Program-made: the position numbers and the translations under genes
Shown here: positions 1 through 13,500 of the stretch, one piece after another
Layout: each line of letters begins with the position of its first letter
Position numbering within the stretch: the first letter of the stretch is position 1
The notes under the pieces: model-generated
Told to the model about the DNA's origin: nothing
Databases searched by the model: none
The model's input: only the letters and a program-made list of their open reading frames with translations
Source of the DNA: Callorhinchus milii
Lineage: Eukaryota
Direction: 5' to 3'
NCBI RefSeq assembly: GCF_018977255.1
Contig: NW_024704743.1
Span: forward strand, 34,164,001 to 34,228,000
Length of the DNA stretch: 64,000 nucleotides

Positions 1-654
1 GCTACACACTTTTTTTGAGAAATAAAAATATAAATAATGCACGGAGGACTCACAGAGAAGAATAAAGAGCATGGAAATGAATGAACCACAAAGAGAAATC
101 GCAAACGATATACTCCAGAAAATGACAATACAAAATGACATATAGCGCCGTACACGTCGGGAAGATGTCCCACGGCGCTGGGGTGGGCTCAATTCTGACC
201 CCAACCAGTGACCACCGCTAACCTGAGGCAAAAAGAAAGGTCAGGGTAAATCTGTCTTTACGCAGTGCATGGGAACTCGGGGAAATCATGTAGGGGACAT
301 TTCCACCTACCCAGCCCCTTCCCCAGCACAGCAAAACATGTCAGGGTGATCCCGAGACTCTTGGCGGAGGGGGGGGAGATAGGCAGGATCGTCTTGGAGA
401 TAAGGTGACATGTTTGGCAACAGAATGTCACAATTGAGCCCACCCTCTGTGACTGTCTCTGAAGCCAAGTTCCTGAGCCAGGCGGGTCCACAGTACTCCA
501 CGGCACTGCTGTTAACAGCACAGTCAACCTGGCTCACTGGGGCAGGAATTCTTCTGTTAACCCTGCAAGCCCAAGCCCTAACAGGCCTAGGTGGACAAGC
601 AACCGGAAAGCTTGCCAGGCAAGTGCTCTCAATGGCAAGCTATACAATTTTCGC

Positions 655-775
655 TGGTTAGTACCCCAAAAGACATTCTGGGTCCCCAAGCCTTCGCTGC
701 TGCCAACCTGCGCCTAATACTTTCCGGAGTTAGGTAAGCATGCTGCGTCCCTCCAGGGAGAGAGTGCACATTTTA
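655..775 (+). repeat. Dispersed repeat, homologous to 57105-57225 in opposite orientation
   Basis: cattctgggtccccaagccttcgctgctgccaacctgc...gagagtgcaca versus the reverse complement of gtgtgcacttttt...gcaggttggcaagagccaaggcttggggaccctagaatg. Confidence 0.65.
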
Positions 776-841
776 TTTCCAATAAATATCCGTGGAATTT
801 CCTCATGGAAATTGATTGATTTGGATACTTTTAGCCATCAT

Positions 842-909
842 TCATGCTTAAAAGTATCCAAATCAAACTCACTATTGGTGAATTTGATTTGGATACGTTT
901 AAAGCATGA
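842..909. repeat. Near-perfect palindrome (about 31-bp stem, 5-nt loop)
   Basis: tcatgcttaaaagtatccaaatcaaactcac-tattg-gtgaatttgatttggatacgtttaaagcatga. Confidence 0.9.
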
Positions 910-2505
910 TGGTGGGTTTCTGCAAGAGTCAGACACCTGGCTGAACCCCCACCAAAAAAAGAAAATATTCCAACAATAGCTTGTGCTTCGAACCCCTCTG
1001 CCCCCACAAAATATATTATATTTATCTTTCAGATACAGATCGACTTGTCCAACACTCACATTTTTTTCTTGTAACACTGATACTGCAGCCTTGTTCTTCC
1101 AACTGAGAAGAGCTGTTCTGTAGTTATGGTACAGATACTCTCATGTGGATTCTTGCAAGTTAAATAATGCATTCAATTAAAACATGGAACGGCTATTCTT
1201 TACTGTAGGTAGTGCAATGCATTCGTGGAATCAGTAACCATACTCAGAGGCTTTGCAAACATACCAAAGGGCTTTGCTAGTTCCTAAGAAAAGAAGCAGA
1301 CTTGTAGCTACAGGTGGTAATTTAACCATAAATTAACTTCAGATCCAAACATATTCCAGATGCAACTTATGTTCGAGGCAAACAAGCCGCTGTAAATGTA
1401 GTCTGCAGATGTTTGCTAACGCACAACATCTTTGAACATTGAGCACAGTCCCTCTCAAGACATATCCACATTACCACATTGTCGAAAGCTCATCCACGAT
1501 ATCTCTGTTCTCCCCTGTGGATCCCCTTGGTCACATCCCACATGACATTCCCAAGCCCAAGCAGGTCGTCAGTTAACCTGCTCTCAGGGCTGTCTTATTA
1601 GGAGCTGGGTGCATGCTATCGAGATCGGGAAGCCATTGGGCAACCAGACCTATCCCATCCAACCATTCCAGGGATGTCATTTACATCTGCTTCTGTGCTT
1701 TTGTGTGAAAAGATACCAAATGTTTGCGGGAATGTTATGTAATTCAAGCTGTTGAAATCCACACTTCATGGCATATGGCTGTTTGCCGAGATCAGCAAGT
1801 CAAGTATTTTGGTGCAATCTCACAGGACATGTTTGACCACGGCAGTCACAAGCTGATCAGCACAGGTTTCATTAACAAGTTAAAAACAATGATTTCTGGG
1901 TTTTCCACAGGAATCCTTCATCTGGTTCTAATCACTGCCGCTGGAGCAGGAGAAATTTTCCTGTGAAAACCACTACATTCTAGGAAACTTAACACTGCTC
2001 ACTGATCTCCTTCAGTGTGAGCACATACTATATAGCATTAACCTACACACTGCTGTGATGCAATTATTCACATTTGCCCTTGATCTTTTTTGAATAGTGT
2101 ATTTCAGTCATGTTATTATTGCAGGATTCATTTTTACTATTACAGGCCAACATTCATGCAATTTATTTTGGAATTGCTGGCACAATTACAGGTTCGATGG
2201 GCTGCATAGCCTTTTCCTGTTCTTGTTCCTACGGTGTAAGTTTTGCACAACTTTTTTTTAAACTAGGGAGGCTGAACTAAATGCAAAGACTGACAGAAAA
2301 TGTGGTTTGCATTTAAAGATCCCATCCAGTAGAGCTCCTTCCTCAGGTGGATGTTAAAATCCCATGGCACTATTTGAAAAGAGAAGTCAATTTTTTCTGG
2401 TGTCTTGGCCAATTATCCCACAGATAAGTGGTCAGTCACTTCTATGGCTGTTTGTGGGACATTGCTGTGCGCAAATTGGCTGCCATGTTCACCTATAAAA
2501 TAAAC

Positions 2506-3157
2506 TAATGGCATGTTGGAGTTTATTGCAAAATGGTTAGAATACAAGAGTAAGGAAGTCTTGCTGCAACTGTATAGGGCTTTGATGAGATTGCACCTAG
2601 AATATTGTGTGCAGTTTTGGTCTCCTTACTTAAGAAGGGACATACTCGCCTTAGAGGGGGTGCAGCGTAAATTCACTGGGTTAGTTCCTGGGATGAGGGA
2701 GTTGACCTATGATGATAGGTTGAGTAAACTAGGCCTATATTCTCTAGAATATAAAAGCATTAGGGGTGATCTTGTAGAAACATATAAGATTCTTATGCGG
2801 CTTGACAGAGTAGACAGTGTGAGACTGTTTCCCCTGGTAGGAGAATCTGGAACTAGAGGTCACAGTCTTAAGATTAAGGGACAGCCCTTTCAAACAGAGT
2901 TGAGGAAACTCTTCTTCACTCAGAGAGTAGTGAATTTATGGAATTTTCTACCCCAGAAGGCTGTAGATGCTCAGTGCTTGAACATATTCAAGACTGAGAT
3001 TCATAAGATTTCAAAAGGATAGAGGGAATAAGGGATATGGGGATAAGGCGGGCAGCTGGAGTCAGGTTAGCTCAGTCTTGATCTTATTGAATGGCGGGGC
3101 AGGCTCGAGGGGCCGAATGGCCTATTCCTGCTCCCAATTCCTATGTTCCTAAGATCC
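2506..3157 (+). mobile_element. CR1-type LINE, 5'-truncated 3' end
   Basis: ORF 2513-3022 (LYRALMRLHLEYCVQFWSPY...LEGVQRKFT...RGDLVETYKIL...TRGHSLKI...FFTQRVVNLWNFLP) is the characteristic CR1 ORF2 C-terminus. Ends in (TTCCTATG)-like octamer repeats. Confidence 0.93.
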
Positions 3158-3689
3158 TAAACAATCACCATATTTTACAATAAATGCTTTGAAAGAGTTA
3201 TGAGATATCATCGTGAATGAAACAGAATGATAAAGCACAGAAACAGGTAATTTAGCCCAACGAGTCCTTGGTGGTGTTTATACTCCAGACAAGCCTTCAC
3301 CCCTCCTAATCCCAAATACAAAGGTTATCATCATTGAGCTCACAGTCTTGAATGACACTTTATTTCAGTACTGGGAAGTGTTGCATGAGTGCCATCGTTT
3401 AGAATAGATTTAAATTAAAGTCCCACCTCCTGGTTCAGGTGAACATTAAAGATCCCACAATACTATTCTAAAAGAGGTTTCTACCAGTGTCCCAGCCAAC
3501 AATCCTTCAGTTAAATTCCCTGTTTGCAGGACCTTCCAATATCGTAAATGGCTATTTCATTTATCTAAAATAAACAGCCAATATACTTGATGGTAGCTAC
3601 GTGTGAAGCACTTTGAAATGTTTCAACGCGATAAGGTGCTATAAAATGCAAATTCTTTCTTCAGTAAACTGTCACACAGAGGATACAGG

Positions 3690-4077
3690 TCAAGATCCTG
3701 CTCCTCACCTTCAAAGCCCTCCATGGTCTTGCTCCCACCTACTCCTGCAACCTCCTAACCCACTACAACCTGCCCGCTCCCTCCGCTCAGCGAGCTCTGG
3801 CCTGCTTCACGTTCCCCGCCTCACCCACCCCACCATTGGCGGGTGCGCCTTCTGCCACTCAGGAGCCCATTCTCTGGAAGTCCATGCTGCAGTCCCTCCG
3901 CCTCGCCTCCTCCCTTGCCTCCTTCAAGACTCATCTCAAGACTCTCCTCTTCGACCGTGCCTTCGGTCACCCTTCTTCCCTCCCTGCCCTCCACCCTCCC
4001 CGATCCCAACCCCAGCTCGGGTGCGATACATTGATTGAAAGGTGCTACACAAATGTAATTTTGTTTGTTATTGTTGT
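3690..4077 (+). mobile_element. L2-type LINE 3' end
   Basis: KILLLTFKALHGLAP...PARSLRSASSGLLHVPR...FKTHLKTLLFDRAF is the L2 ORF2 C-terminus; (TTG)n-like tail. Confidence 0.85.
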
Positions 4078-5276
4078 CCTTACATTTACAACATACTGAG
4101 CTGAATCTCTCAAGATTCTCTAGCCGCTGGTGTCCTTCAAAATTAGACAAGAAAACTTATTCAGAGAAATATAAATATACAAATTTACATTTGTAAAAAC
4201 TCCTTTCACGTCAGGATGATGTCTCAAAGAGTTTCACACTGCTAGCTGGGTACCTGAGCTGAGGGTGGGAAGAAAAAAGATGTCAAAAAGTGACCGGCCT
4301 TGAGGTGGACTTTAAACATGGAGAGAGTGAGGGTCAGAGGGTCAAGCCTGAACTTGCTGAAAACGTGAATAGGGTCTTGAAAACTTTCCTGGGGGAGAAT
4401 TAGTGGTGGAAAAGCTACAATGGTGAAAACTGCAGTATAAGCATGGCTATTTCACACATATGGAAGAAATAATAAACAATGCAGATTCTAGCTCAAGGCC
4501 ACTGAAGTGAAGACCGTATGCTTTACAAGTGTAAGTTACCTCCTGCCTGAGATGCTTCATACAGTATGCTGGACCTAAGGGGAAATGGAAACAAGCACAC
4601 CGCCTTCAAGCACCACTTTTGCAATAAGTCCCAATCATTATCAGTTACAAATGATTCAGCATCGAGAATGGAAAGCACATTCTTAATAAGACTTTAAACA
4701 CCATACATGAAATGGTTATAAATGAAACAGATTGCTAAAGTGATACTGGAGAAGCCTCAACGGGCAGAACCCTGACTACACTAAAAGTACACACTGCTCA
4801 TTATGATATGAAACTGTACAAACTCAAAAACAGGGACAGTGTCCAACCTTACCCTGAAGTGCCACTGGCAGCAAAAATACTGCGCAGCGGTGCTCCACGG
4901 ACTGAAAATTCGGCAATTTGTTTTTAATGAAACTGAAACACTAATCTCCCCTTTCCCCAGAAGTTTCCAACTTTGACAAAAGGGACTTTCTGGGGAACGG
5001 GCTGAGGAACCGTAGGCTTTTTATTTACTGTGCGGAGAACCCTCTCCCTGACCACCAAAAATACTGTAACATTACACAGCATTAACAAAAGGCATTGAAA
5101 GATCTGCTTTCACCTTCTCCATATAAACAAGTTAACATTTGGTAAGAATTACTAAGCATAGCAAGATGTTCCATCTGGTAATGGGACAATCTCTTAAATG
5201 TCATTCTCTGCATATCCTTACAGCATTTATCCAAACTGCATTTGGATGCATCCTCGTCACCCTCCATCAATCCAGA

Positions 5277-5308
<32 letters not shown>
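5277..5308. repeat. (TA)n(CA)n microsatellite
   Basis: Directly visible. Confidence 0.9.
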
Positions 5309-5309
<1 letters not shown>

Positions 5310-5546
5310 GTATTTTAGAGGTTACTTCAGGTTAGCCAAAAACATTCTCCAGGAAGCTGTGTGAAATGCTTAGCAAAGCACATCACTTGTGATACTTCCT
5401 TAGCTCAGCTAGGCTACATTTTTATCGGTAAGAAAGAAATATGAACTGCCCGAGGCCCATAGTGCAAGACATCACAATAGCTGAAGAGAGATAAGTCAAG
5501 AAGCTCTGGTTATGTAAAACCAAGCTTACTTTTCAAAACAAGATGT

Positions 5547-5680
5547 AAAATACAGCAGATGCTAGAAATCTGAAACAAAAACAGAAGTCGCTGGGAACAC
5601 TCAGCAGGTCAGGCAGCATCTATGGAGATAGGAAAGTGAGTCAAAGTTTCAGGTGCACGACCCTTCGTAGGAACTGGAGC
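5547..5680 (-). mobile_element. Penelope-like element terminal segment
   Basis: gcagatgctagaaatctgaaacaaaaacagaa...cactcagcaggtcaggcagcatct...gtttcagg...gacccttcgtaggaactgg resembles a common chondrichthyan Penelope-type terminus (recall). Followed by a purine-rich stretch. Confidence 0.6.
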
Positions 5681-6874
5681 ATGTTGGGAGGGAGAGGCTT
5701 TTAAAGACTAACAGAGAGGGGGGAGGTAGGGCAAGGAAGACAAAGGAGAAAATGGGGTAGAGGACAGGGGATGATGGGTCAAAGAGGTATTAATGATGCA
5801 AAACAAAGGGGCGGTGGGGGTTGCAACAAAACAGGGGAAAAGAGGTGTTAATACTACAATACAAAAGCCTGTAGTAAGAGGAGGGAGAGAAGACTGCAGA
5901 GAGTAAGAAATTGCAAAGTCCTGTCCAACTCACTTAGGAAGAGAATAGAAATCTAAAAGACTCCATTAAACAGTAGAGATATTGATATCTGGGATCAGCC
6001 CTAGAGTGAATATGAAAAACAAATCAGGTGAACAAGAACTTTTACAAAGCACCTTTCAAGCAGGGTAGTGGCTTGGTGCACTTTGTGTGTCACCACACAA
6101 AATACAAGATACAGTACTAACCCGAAAACTCTTCCCTTCAAAGTTATATATACACCTCTACGACACCAGCCTTTGCTATCTCTTCGGGAGGAGGGAAGGT
6201 AGGTAGACTGTGATAAAGTGGCCCGATAGTGAGTTACCATCATTATGGAGATGTCCACATAAGGGTGAGGGGGAACAATGTTTTACTTTCTAGTTGTAGA
6301 GAGACAGCTGCCTCGCAATATTTAAACCTTTGGAGTTTGAAACATCACATGCCTCACTGTGGAACGTTATAAAAACTCCAATTGGCCCAAGGGATATTTA
6401 TAGCTACTATACTTTCCTTCCACCAGAATCTGAACTCCCCACTCAGTCAGATCTAATAACCAGACGAATTAATGCCCTTGTGTATGTGGTAGACCTTCAG
6501 GAGTATAGTATTTGCATTTGGAGTTAGAAGCATCAGTAGGAATGCAAAAAGAAACGGTAAACTGTAAACTGCCTTACAGGCAGGCAGAACAAAGTACGCC
6601 ATGTAATAAGCAAACAAGTAATAAAGCACTACACTACTGGTGATAAAATACTTGTTTTAAACGGTCAAAGCGAACCCACATTAAACTACTGTAGAATTTT
6701 TGAAGCAATATGTTTCAGGTTATCACACTTCTTAGGAGGAAAAGTATGTCAGCTTTTAAAATATTTGCATTCAGCACAACAGAACAGATTCAGAAGCATT
6801 TTTTTTAGTTTGTATCAAATGCAGGGTTCGTATTTTTCTTCCTTCAGGAAAGAGCAAATTAAAATAAGAGTAGA

Positions 6875-7390
6875 AACATAGAAATCTACAGCAAGAAACA
6901 TAGAAATCTACACTGACTCACAGAGCAAGCTCACTTCAATCCCTTTAATTGTCAGCGGGATTTATCTGAGACACAAGTTTTCTGCTGAAGCGGCTGTGAT
7001 CCATAACAAGACCCTTCATAAGCCACATGTGCCTCGAAGCTCTATGGTTCGACAATGTTGCTCCAGTCATTAACTCCCCTAACAATGGAAATAACTTCTC
7101 TCCATTTTCCCTATCAAAACCCCTCATAATTTTGAATATCTCTCTATCAGATACTCTTCAACTTTCTCTGCCCAGCCTCTCCAATTTCTTCTCATAACTG
7201 TACATCCCGAGAATCATTCTCGTAAACCTCCTCTGCAACCCCTCTAACGCCTTAACATCTTTCCTGAAGTGAGTTGCTCAAAACTGCAAGCAATGCTCCA
7301 TCTGCAGCCTAACCAATGATTTATACAAACTTAGCGTAATTACTTTACATTTGTACTCTATACCCCTGTGTATAAAGCCCAACATGCATG
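6875..7390 (-). mobile_element. Degraded CR1-type LINE 3' fragment
   Basis: Minus translation MRGFDRENGEKLFPLLGE is the same region as in the 2.5-kb copy; catagaaa-type tail. Confidence 0.7.
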
Positions 7391-10235
7391 CATGAATCCC
7401 TGCATTTTATACAAAACAAAATGACTCTGAATCTCCTTTGTTTTGGAAAGGAAATATTTTAAAATGAGATTCTCTAGGATCATTGTCTTAAATACAAGTT
7501 AATTAGAAGAAGGTGTACCGACTTTCTTACTCGCAGCCACTAGAGGCAGCCGTGCCTCAGGAAAGTTAAATTTGCAATGTAAAAACAGCAGCAAAACTGC
7601 AAAACCGTGGACTCATGCAAAGAACGTCATTTTGTTGCAAGCACCCTTGAGAAATGTGGAGGCAGGATAAGAGCAACGGTGCCACAATAATACCTCCATC
7701 ACAGAAACTGTAAAGGCTGAAATAGCAAACAGTTGAATTGTTCCTTCCCTCTTCGGGTAATATTCTATAATCACCAGGGGTTATCAGCATTGTTAACTGA
7801 CTGGCTACCTCTAATTTCCTACCCTCCCAAACCTTTGTCCAGCTTTTCCCAATTCAACAGATCGCAAGCTTTTGTGGGATAACATTGGAGGGCTGTGCTC
7901 CATGACAGTCAATGTGCTGACTTGCAGGCCACGTGCACAGCATGCTCTTTTGCCTCCTTCAAGACCTTCCTCTCTGACAACACCTTCGGTCATCCTCACT
8001 CTTACTCTCGCACCCCTCTGGAGGGTCAATGCAAATCCTCATCCAAATCCATTGGATATCCTCCTGACATGAAAGATGCTGTATAAATGCCATTTTGTGG
8101 TTGTTGAAGCTCTGTGGCATTTCCATTCAATCCCAGTAAATACTGTACTTTTGTTCTCACATCTGCACTGCACATTGCACTTCATTATTAATAAAAGCGA
8201 GAAAACACCACATTCAAGCAATGGTATGACTCAGATTAAAAATTACGGCACACTAATCAATCACGCAGGCACCCAAGCTTTGTGAAGCTGGCAGTCCCTG
8301 CAATTAACAGAACAACGTTCAATAAGAGTAGCTTCACCTTGTTTATTTTAAACCTTTGGCAAAAAAATAATTTGCATACATAGTAGGGAAAGTCAAAAAT
8401 TGTCATTAGTTTTAGGTTTAGGCATTTGGTATTTCAAATAATTTTAAGAATCACAACTTCAATTTTTTTCATAAAAGCAAATTTTAGATAGCTTTTTGGC
8501 AGATGATTACAGCAGTGGGTATTGCACAGAAAGGTCTTAGTTAATAGTATTGTTCCACAGGTGAAGATGATCTAATCAGTCATAAACAGAATAAAATAGT
8601 TCAGCTTTATTTTTGGGGGTCAGGCAGGGTGTCTGACAGATATGGAAACCTTCACCATGCTTAAGAGTATCCAAACCAAACTGAGATTTCCATGCATCTC
8701 ACCTACACATGGAAATTCCAGAGATATGTATGTATCGTATATCAACAACATAATACGATTCTATGCTTATAAAGAACTTGCTCTTTAATAGCACCCGATC
8801 ACATTGGAATGTCTCAAAGCACTTCATAAGTTACTACTATATAATGCAGTGACTTGTTTTTAAAGGCAAATGCACAACAAGGTCCCACAAACAGCGAATT
8901 ACCAATTTATCTGGAAGATCCGTCCCTAGAACGTTGGAGAAAAACCGCCTCCTTTTTTGAATACTGTAATAAGATCTTTAATAATAATCCTTGAATTTGA
9001 TATAGCACCTTATCACATCTTCCAGACGTCTCAAAGCGCTTCACAGAATATACTGTAAAGTGAATTGACTGTATATTTGGTGGACAACAGCAATTGCGAA
9101 CAGCAGCGTCCCACAAACAGTCGTGGAATTTAGTGAACACATTTTTATTATTATTCGTTTTTGAAGGGATTATTACCTTCAAAAAAGTGATCCGTTAATC
9201 AATTAACAACCATGTCCTTACTTACTGATAGGTAAACAGAGACGTGCAGACTAAGGAAACTTGCCCAACATTTAATATCCACCTCAAGAACAGGCAGGCC
9301 CAAGACTCAGCTTAATGTCTCACCTGAAGTCCAACTTCTCCAATAATATAATACTCCCCCAGTTCTCACTGGAATGTTTGCCTAACCATGAGTTTAAACC
9401 TTGAAGAAGGGCTGATATCTACTGTGAAAAAGAAGCCTTTAATTGGTTCATTGTAATTGTTTATCCTGGAGTGTCTCATACCAGCATACTGGTTGTGATC
9501 TGGATGAGGGATGTGAAACAAACCTCATACAGTAGAATGCTATTTATCCATCATCGAATTATCTGCAGGTCCATTTTCTGGAAAGGCCTCCAAAGTAAGA
9601 GTGGCATGAGTTGTGATAATAGCAAATAATAACTACGTTCTATGTCTATGTTAAATCTGGTTATGTGATTGTCCAAGCATCTGTGTAAGGTGGCTAAGGA
9701 TGCGAATCACAAGTCCTGGTAACCTGGTGTGCTACTTCACACAATCATGTGACTGGATTGTTTTTGTTATAGTTTTTATAGTTAAGAGCATTTCATAGAG
9801 TACACAGAGAGTGAGAGAAACAAAGGTGGGGCAATGAGACAGGGAGAGAATTGGCAGTGTAGCACTACACTGACAGTAAAAGTGTAATTTCTGTGGAACA
9901 AATTTTTAATTAGCACTGTTACCAGTTTATATTTTGTGTGACATCCAATTATCAGCACTGCTTGCTTATATGCAATAGGACCAGTCACAAATAGTGCAAA
10001 TAACTGTCTATCTGTATTCTGCATATAACAAATGTTTATTTTTCTTACTTTCACTGTGTGTTTTTACCACAACAGTGCAAAAGAGAGCTGCATTATTAGA
10101 GGTGCTGTTCTTTTGGATGAGAGATTAAACCAAGGTCTCATTTGCCAGTTCAAGCGGGCATTAAACTTCCCACAACACTATTCAAAGAGATTATGAGGTT
10201 TCTCCTCATGTCCTGGTGAACATTCCCTGAAGTGT

Positions 10236-10556
10236 GGAGTCCTGGAGCTCAGTGGTTAGAGCATTCGCCTCAGCAAGCGAGAGATCTGGGCTTGATTCCC
10301 GGCAGGGCGAAACCTTGGGCAAGTTTTCTTACTCCACACGCCTGATAATAATCCCTCAAGAAAAAAAACAATAATAATTTGGTCACTCAATGCATGACTA
10401 CTTGTGGGACACTGCTGTGCGCACTTGGCTGCTGCGTTTCTCCCACAAAATATAGTCAATTCACTTTACAGTATATTCTGTGAAGCGCTTTGAGACGACT
10501 AGAAGACGTGAAAAGTGCTATATCAAATGCAAGGATTATTATTTTATTTATTTTTA
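10236..10556 (+). mobile_element. Full-length tRNA-derived SINE nested in an older SINE
   Basis: Same head, body and tail as 52014. The flanks (about 10085-10230 and 10560-10716) are two halves of an older SINE. Confidence 0.88.
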
Positions 10557-13500
10557 TTGTAAATTTCAGGGCTGTTTGCAAGCCACTGCTGTGCACAATT
10601 TGGCTGGCACAATCGCTGACAAAATATGGTCACTACACTCTACAGTAAACCCTGTGTAGGACTTTGAGATGTTTCAACAACCAAATCAGGCATTGAACAA
10701 ATGCAAGGATTATTAGTTTAGACTAATGTGCAATACTCAGGGAGAGGCCCGAACTCAGTATTTACACTGCACACATCAGATGCCTCGACTGTATCTTTAG
10801 CACGACGCAAAGGAAACAGAAAATGCGAAGCATGTGTTTTATGAACTCAGTGTGAAACTGCTATAGCAGCCAAACTGTACATGTCATCTCCTAGTCAGGA
10901 GTTGTTTCTTTCTGATAAGGCACCAGGCACTTAGTGACCAACGTTCATTAAGAACGTATCTCATACTGACCTTTGTTTCAGCAGACAAAGTTCAAAGAGA
11001 GTAGCTGTTTAAACATTCCACTGTGTAGACATGTGCAGACTAGTTCTAACTACAGTACGTACATTAAGTTTTAGCCACTTAATTAAAAGCAAGGCTTCTG
11101 CCACTCAAGTCTCTGTAGACAGTTTGCTGGACAAGTTAATGAGGTACAGTAAATTCCACGCTCTTGCAAACAAAGTAAACCGTACTGAGAGCTTTTACAT
11201 TGTGCTACTGGGATGTTATGAATTTTAAAGTGAGCTTTCACAGGCCACTTTCCCAGCCAAATATTATTTTTGAACAGCTTAGCTGTTATATTGAGACTTG
11301 AAAGTTAGCAATGTACAGAAACTACGGAAGAAAATTAATAGCTGCTTTCCACCCCCTCCCACTCCTTGCACCACTGACAAATGAAAGGGGATATTCCATC
11401 ATAATAATCCTAGATTTTATGCAAATATTATTTGACCTTTTTTCAAACTTGTAATGTTGTAATAAAGCATGGTCAAAACATGTCAATTTCACATTCTACT
11501 ATTCATGTAACCTTCAAACTAGTGCCTTTTTTGTTAATGAAATGCATTCAGTGCCTAGCCATCAAATAATATCTCAAGCGATCCACATTCAACCCTCTAC
11601 TAAATGCATATATTTGGCCTCCATGCTTAACATCTCTCTCCTGCCCCACCCTCTTTCACTGGAATTTTAGGTTAAATCAGGCTAAACAGCCAGAGAGAGT
11701 TGTAGTTTGTTTTATTGTTGGTCACAGGACTACTCAAAACCATTAGCTCTAAACTATGATCACTACTACATTGCCAAGAAAGGTTACGTTTGAATCAGGA
11801 TTATGGTTGGATCAGGATTTCTATAAACTGCAGCTAAATATAGCCAATATGCAGACCTCTGTACCAAAGCCATTCATTCATTTACTCATTCAGCAGTTAA
11901 ATCTAAATAAGTCAAGAATATTTTTATTCGAAGGCAACTCTTACTTGTAAAATGTGTTACGTTCTACTCTTTAAAATCACAGAATGTTTGCAAGACAAAA
12001 AGGAAGCGATTCAGCCAAGTGTTTCTGCACTACTGCTGGCTCTCCCACTGGAGTTATCAGCTGTAATCCCATTCCTCTGTTCCTTCCCAATGTCCTTTAA
12101 TATTATTTTCCTCATGTTCTGCTTCCTTTTTAAAATACTGCTACTGACTTAGCTTAAACAACAAGTTGTAGTAAAGTATTCCACATTCAAACAATCCTCT
12201 GTCTAAAAACATTTTTTTTCTAACCTCTCAAGTTTTCCTTCTGGTGTTACTGCCTTGCCAATCAGTGGAAATGGTCTCTATTTAGTTACCCATTAAAACA
12301 ATCTAGGAATGAATAGAGTATAGTGTATTAAACAGGACAAATAGGCAAATATTTTATATTCAGATCAGGTTTAGCATCTTACTGTGCTTTCAGGGATAAG
12401 GTCCAACAACAGGTCCTATCCTTGAAAAATGGTCTGAAAAAATACATCCAGATGAAAAATTAAAAATACATATTTTTAAAATATTGTACCACTTGGTGGC
12501 TGAGTACCTGGGCTCACTGTCATTTCTACTTTTGCAGTGCCTGGTACTATAATAAGATGCATGCTTACTTAGCAGTGGAGACATGGGTATTTGAGAGTTG
12601 CTGCTATCAGTGAAGAACAGGGAGAAAAATCAGAGAAGACAAAGCCACGTCACATTTCCACTTCTATCTTTGAAAGTAATACAAATATAGTAGCATCTTT
12701 GAGGAGCTTGCCATCCTTCGATTAATATTCAGAATCATTTCATTACACAGAGGTCTGCTTTCCCATAAAAAAGCAACTTAAGGCCATGGAACCCTCATCC
12801 CAGAATATCCCTTTAAATCCAATGAAAGAGCCCGAGAGTGTTTACAACAACAACAAAATTACATTTATAGAGCGCCTTTCACGTCGGAAGGACGTCCCAA
12901 AGCCCCGAACAGTCAGGTGTCAGGACCCAAGCATGGGGGAGGGGTGGTGTAGGGGTGAGGGAAGGCAGAGAGGTGGGAGGGCAACCAAAGGCACGATTGA
13001 ATGAATGGAGGGAAGCAGTTTGATGCCTTGAAATGCTATGCTGAGGTAAATGTTCATCTGGAATTAAATGTTTGCCAAATATTTTAATATTTATTCAAAA
13101 TCCATTCTAGAAGTTCTTTTCAGGAGCATGCACTGCACATATCCACAAAGCAAACCTATAATTGTGCATTTAATCTAGCAGTGAACTCAAGACAACCCAA
13201 AAGCTGAAACTTTCCTTTGGGCTGCACCAGAGGAAAGGAGGCAGGGAGAGAGTTGAGATCCATTATACTGTGACATAATACCTAAAGAGCCATGCAGCCA
13301 ACAGGCCATTGCCGATTTATACTGTACGATCTACATCACCATTTAAGGAACTTTCAGAAAGACGGGGCTTCTTTTCAGGATTGTGTGTCGCTATAGTAGT
13401 CCACACTTAGAATAGCCTCCACTAGAATTACAAAATATCTTTTATAATGGTTTTTAGAAAGCTACTGACATAAATACAGCAGAATCTCAATGGGCAACTG

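Noticed and set aside
2513..3022. 169-aa ORF as a host gene
   Set aside because: It is the truncated C-terminus of CR1 ORF2.
5082..5306. 74-aa minus-strand ORF
   Set aside because: Begins in a microsatellite and has no recognisable protein similarity or clear splice sites.
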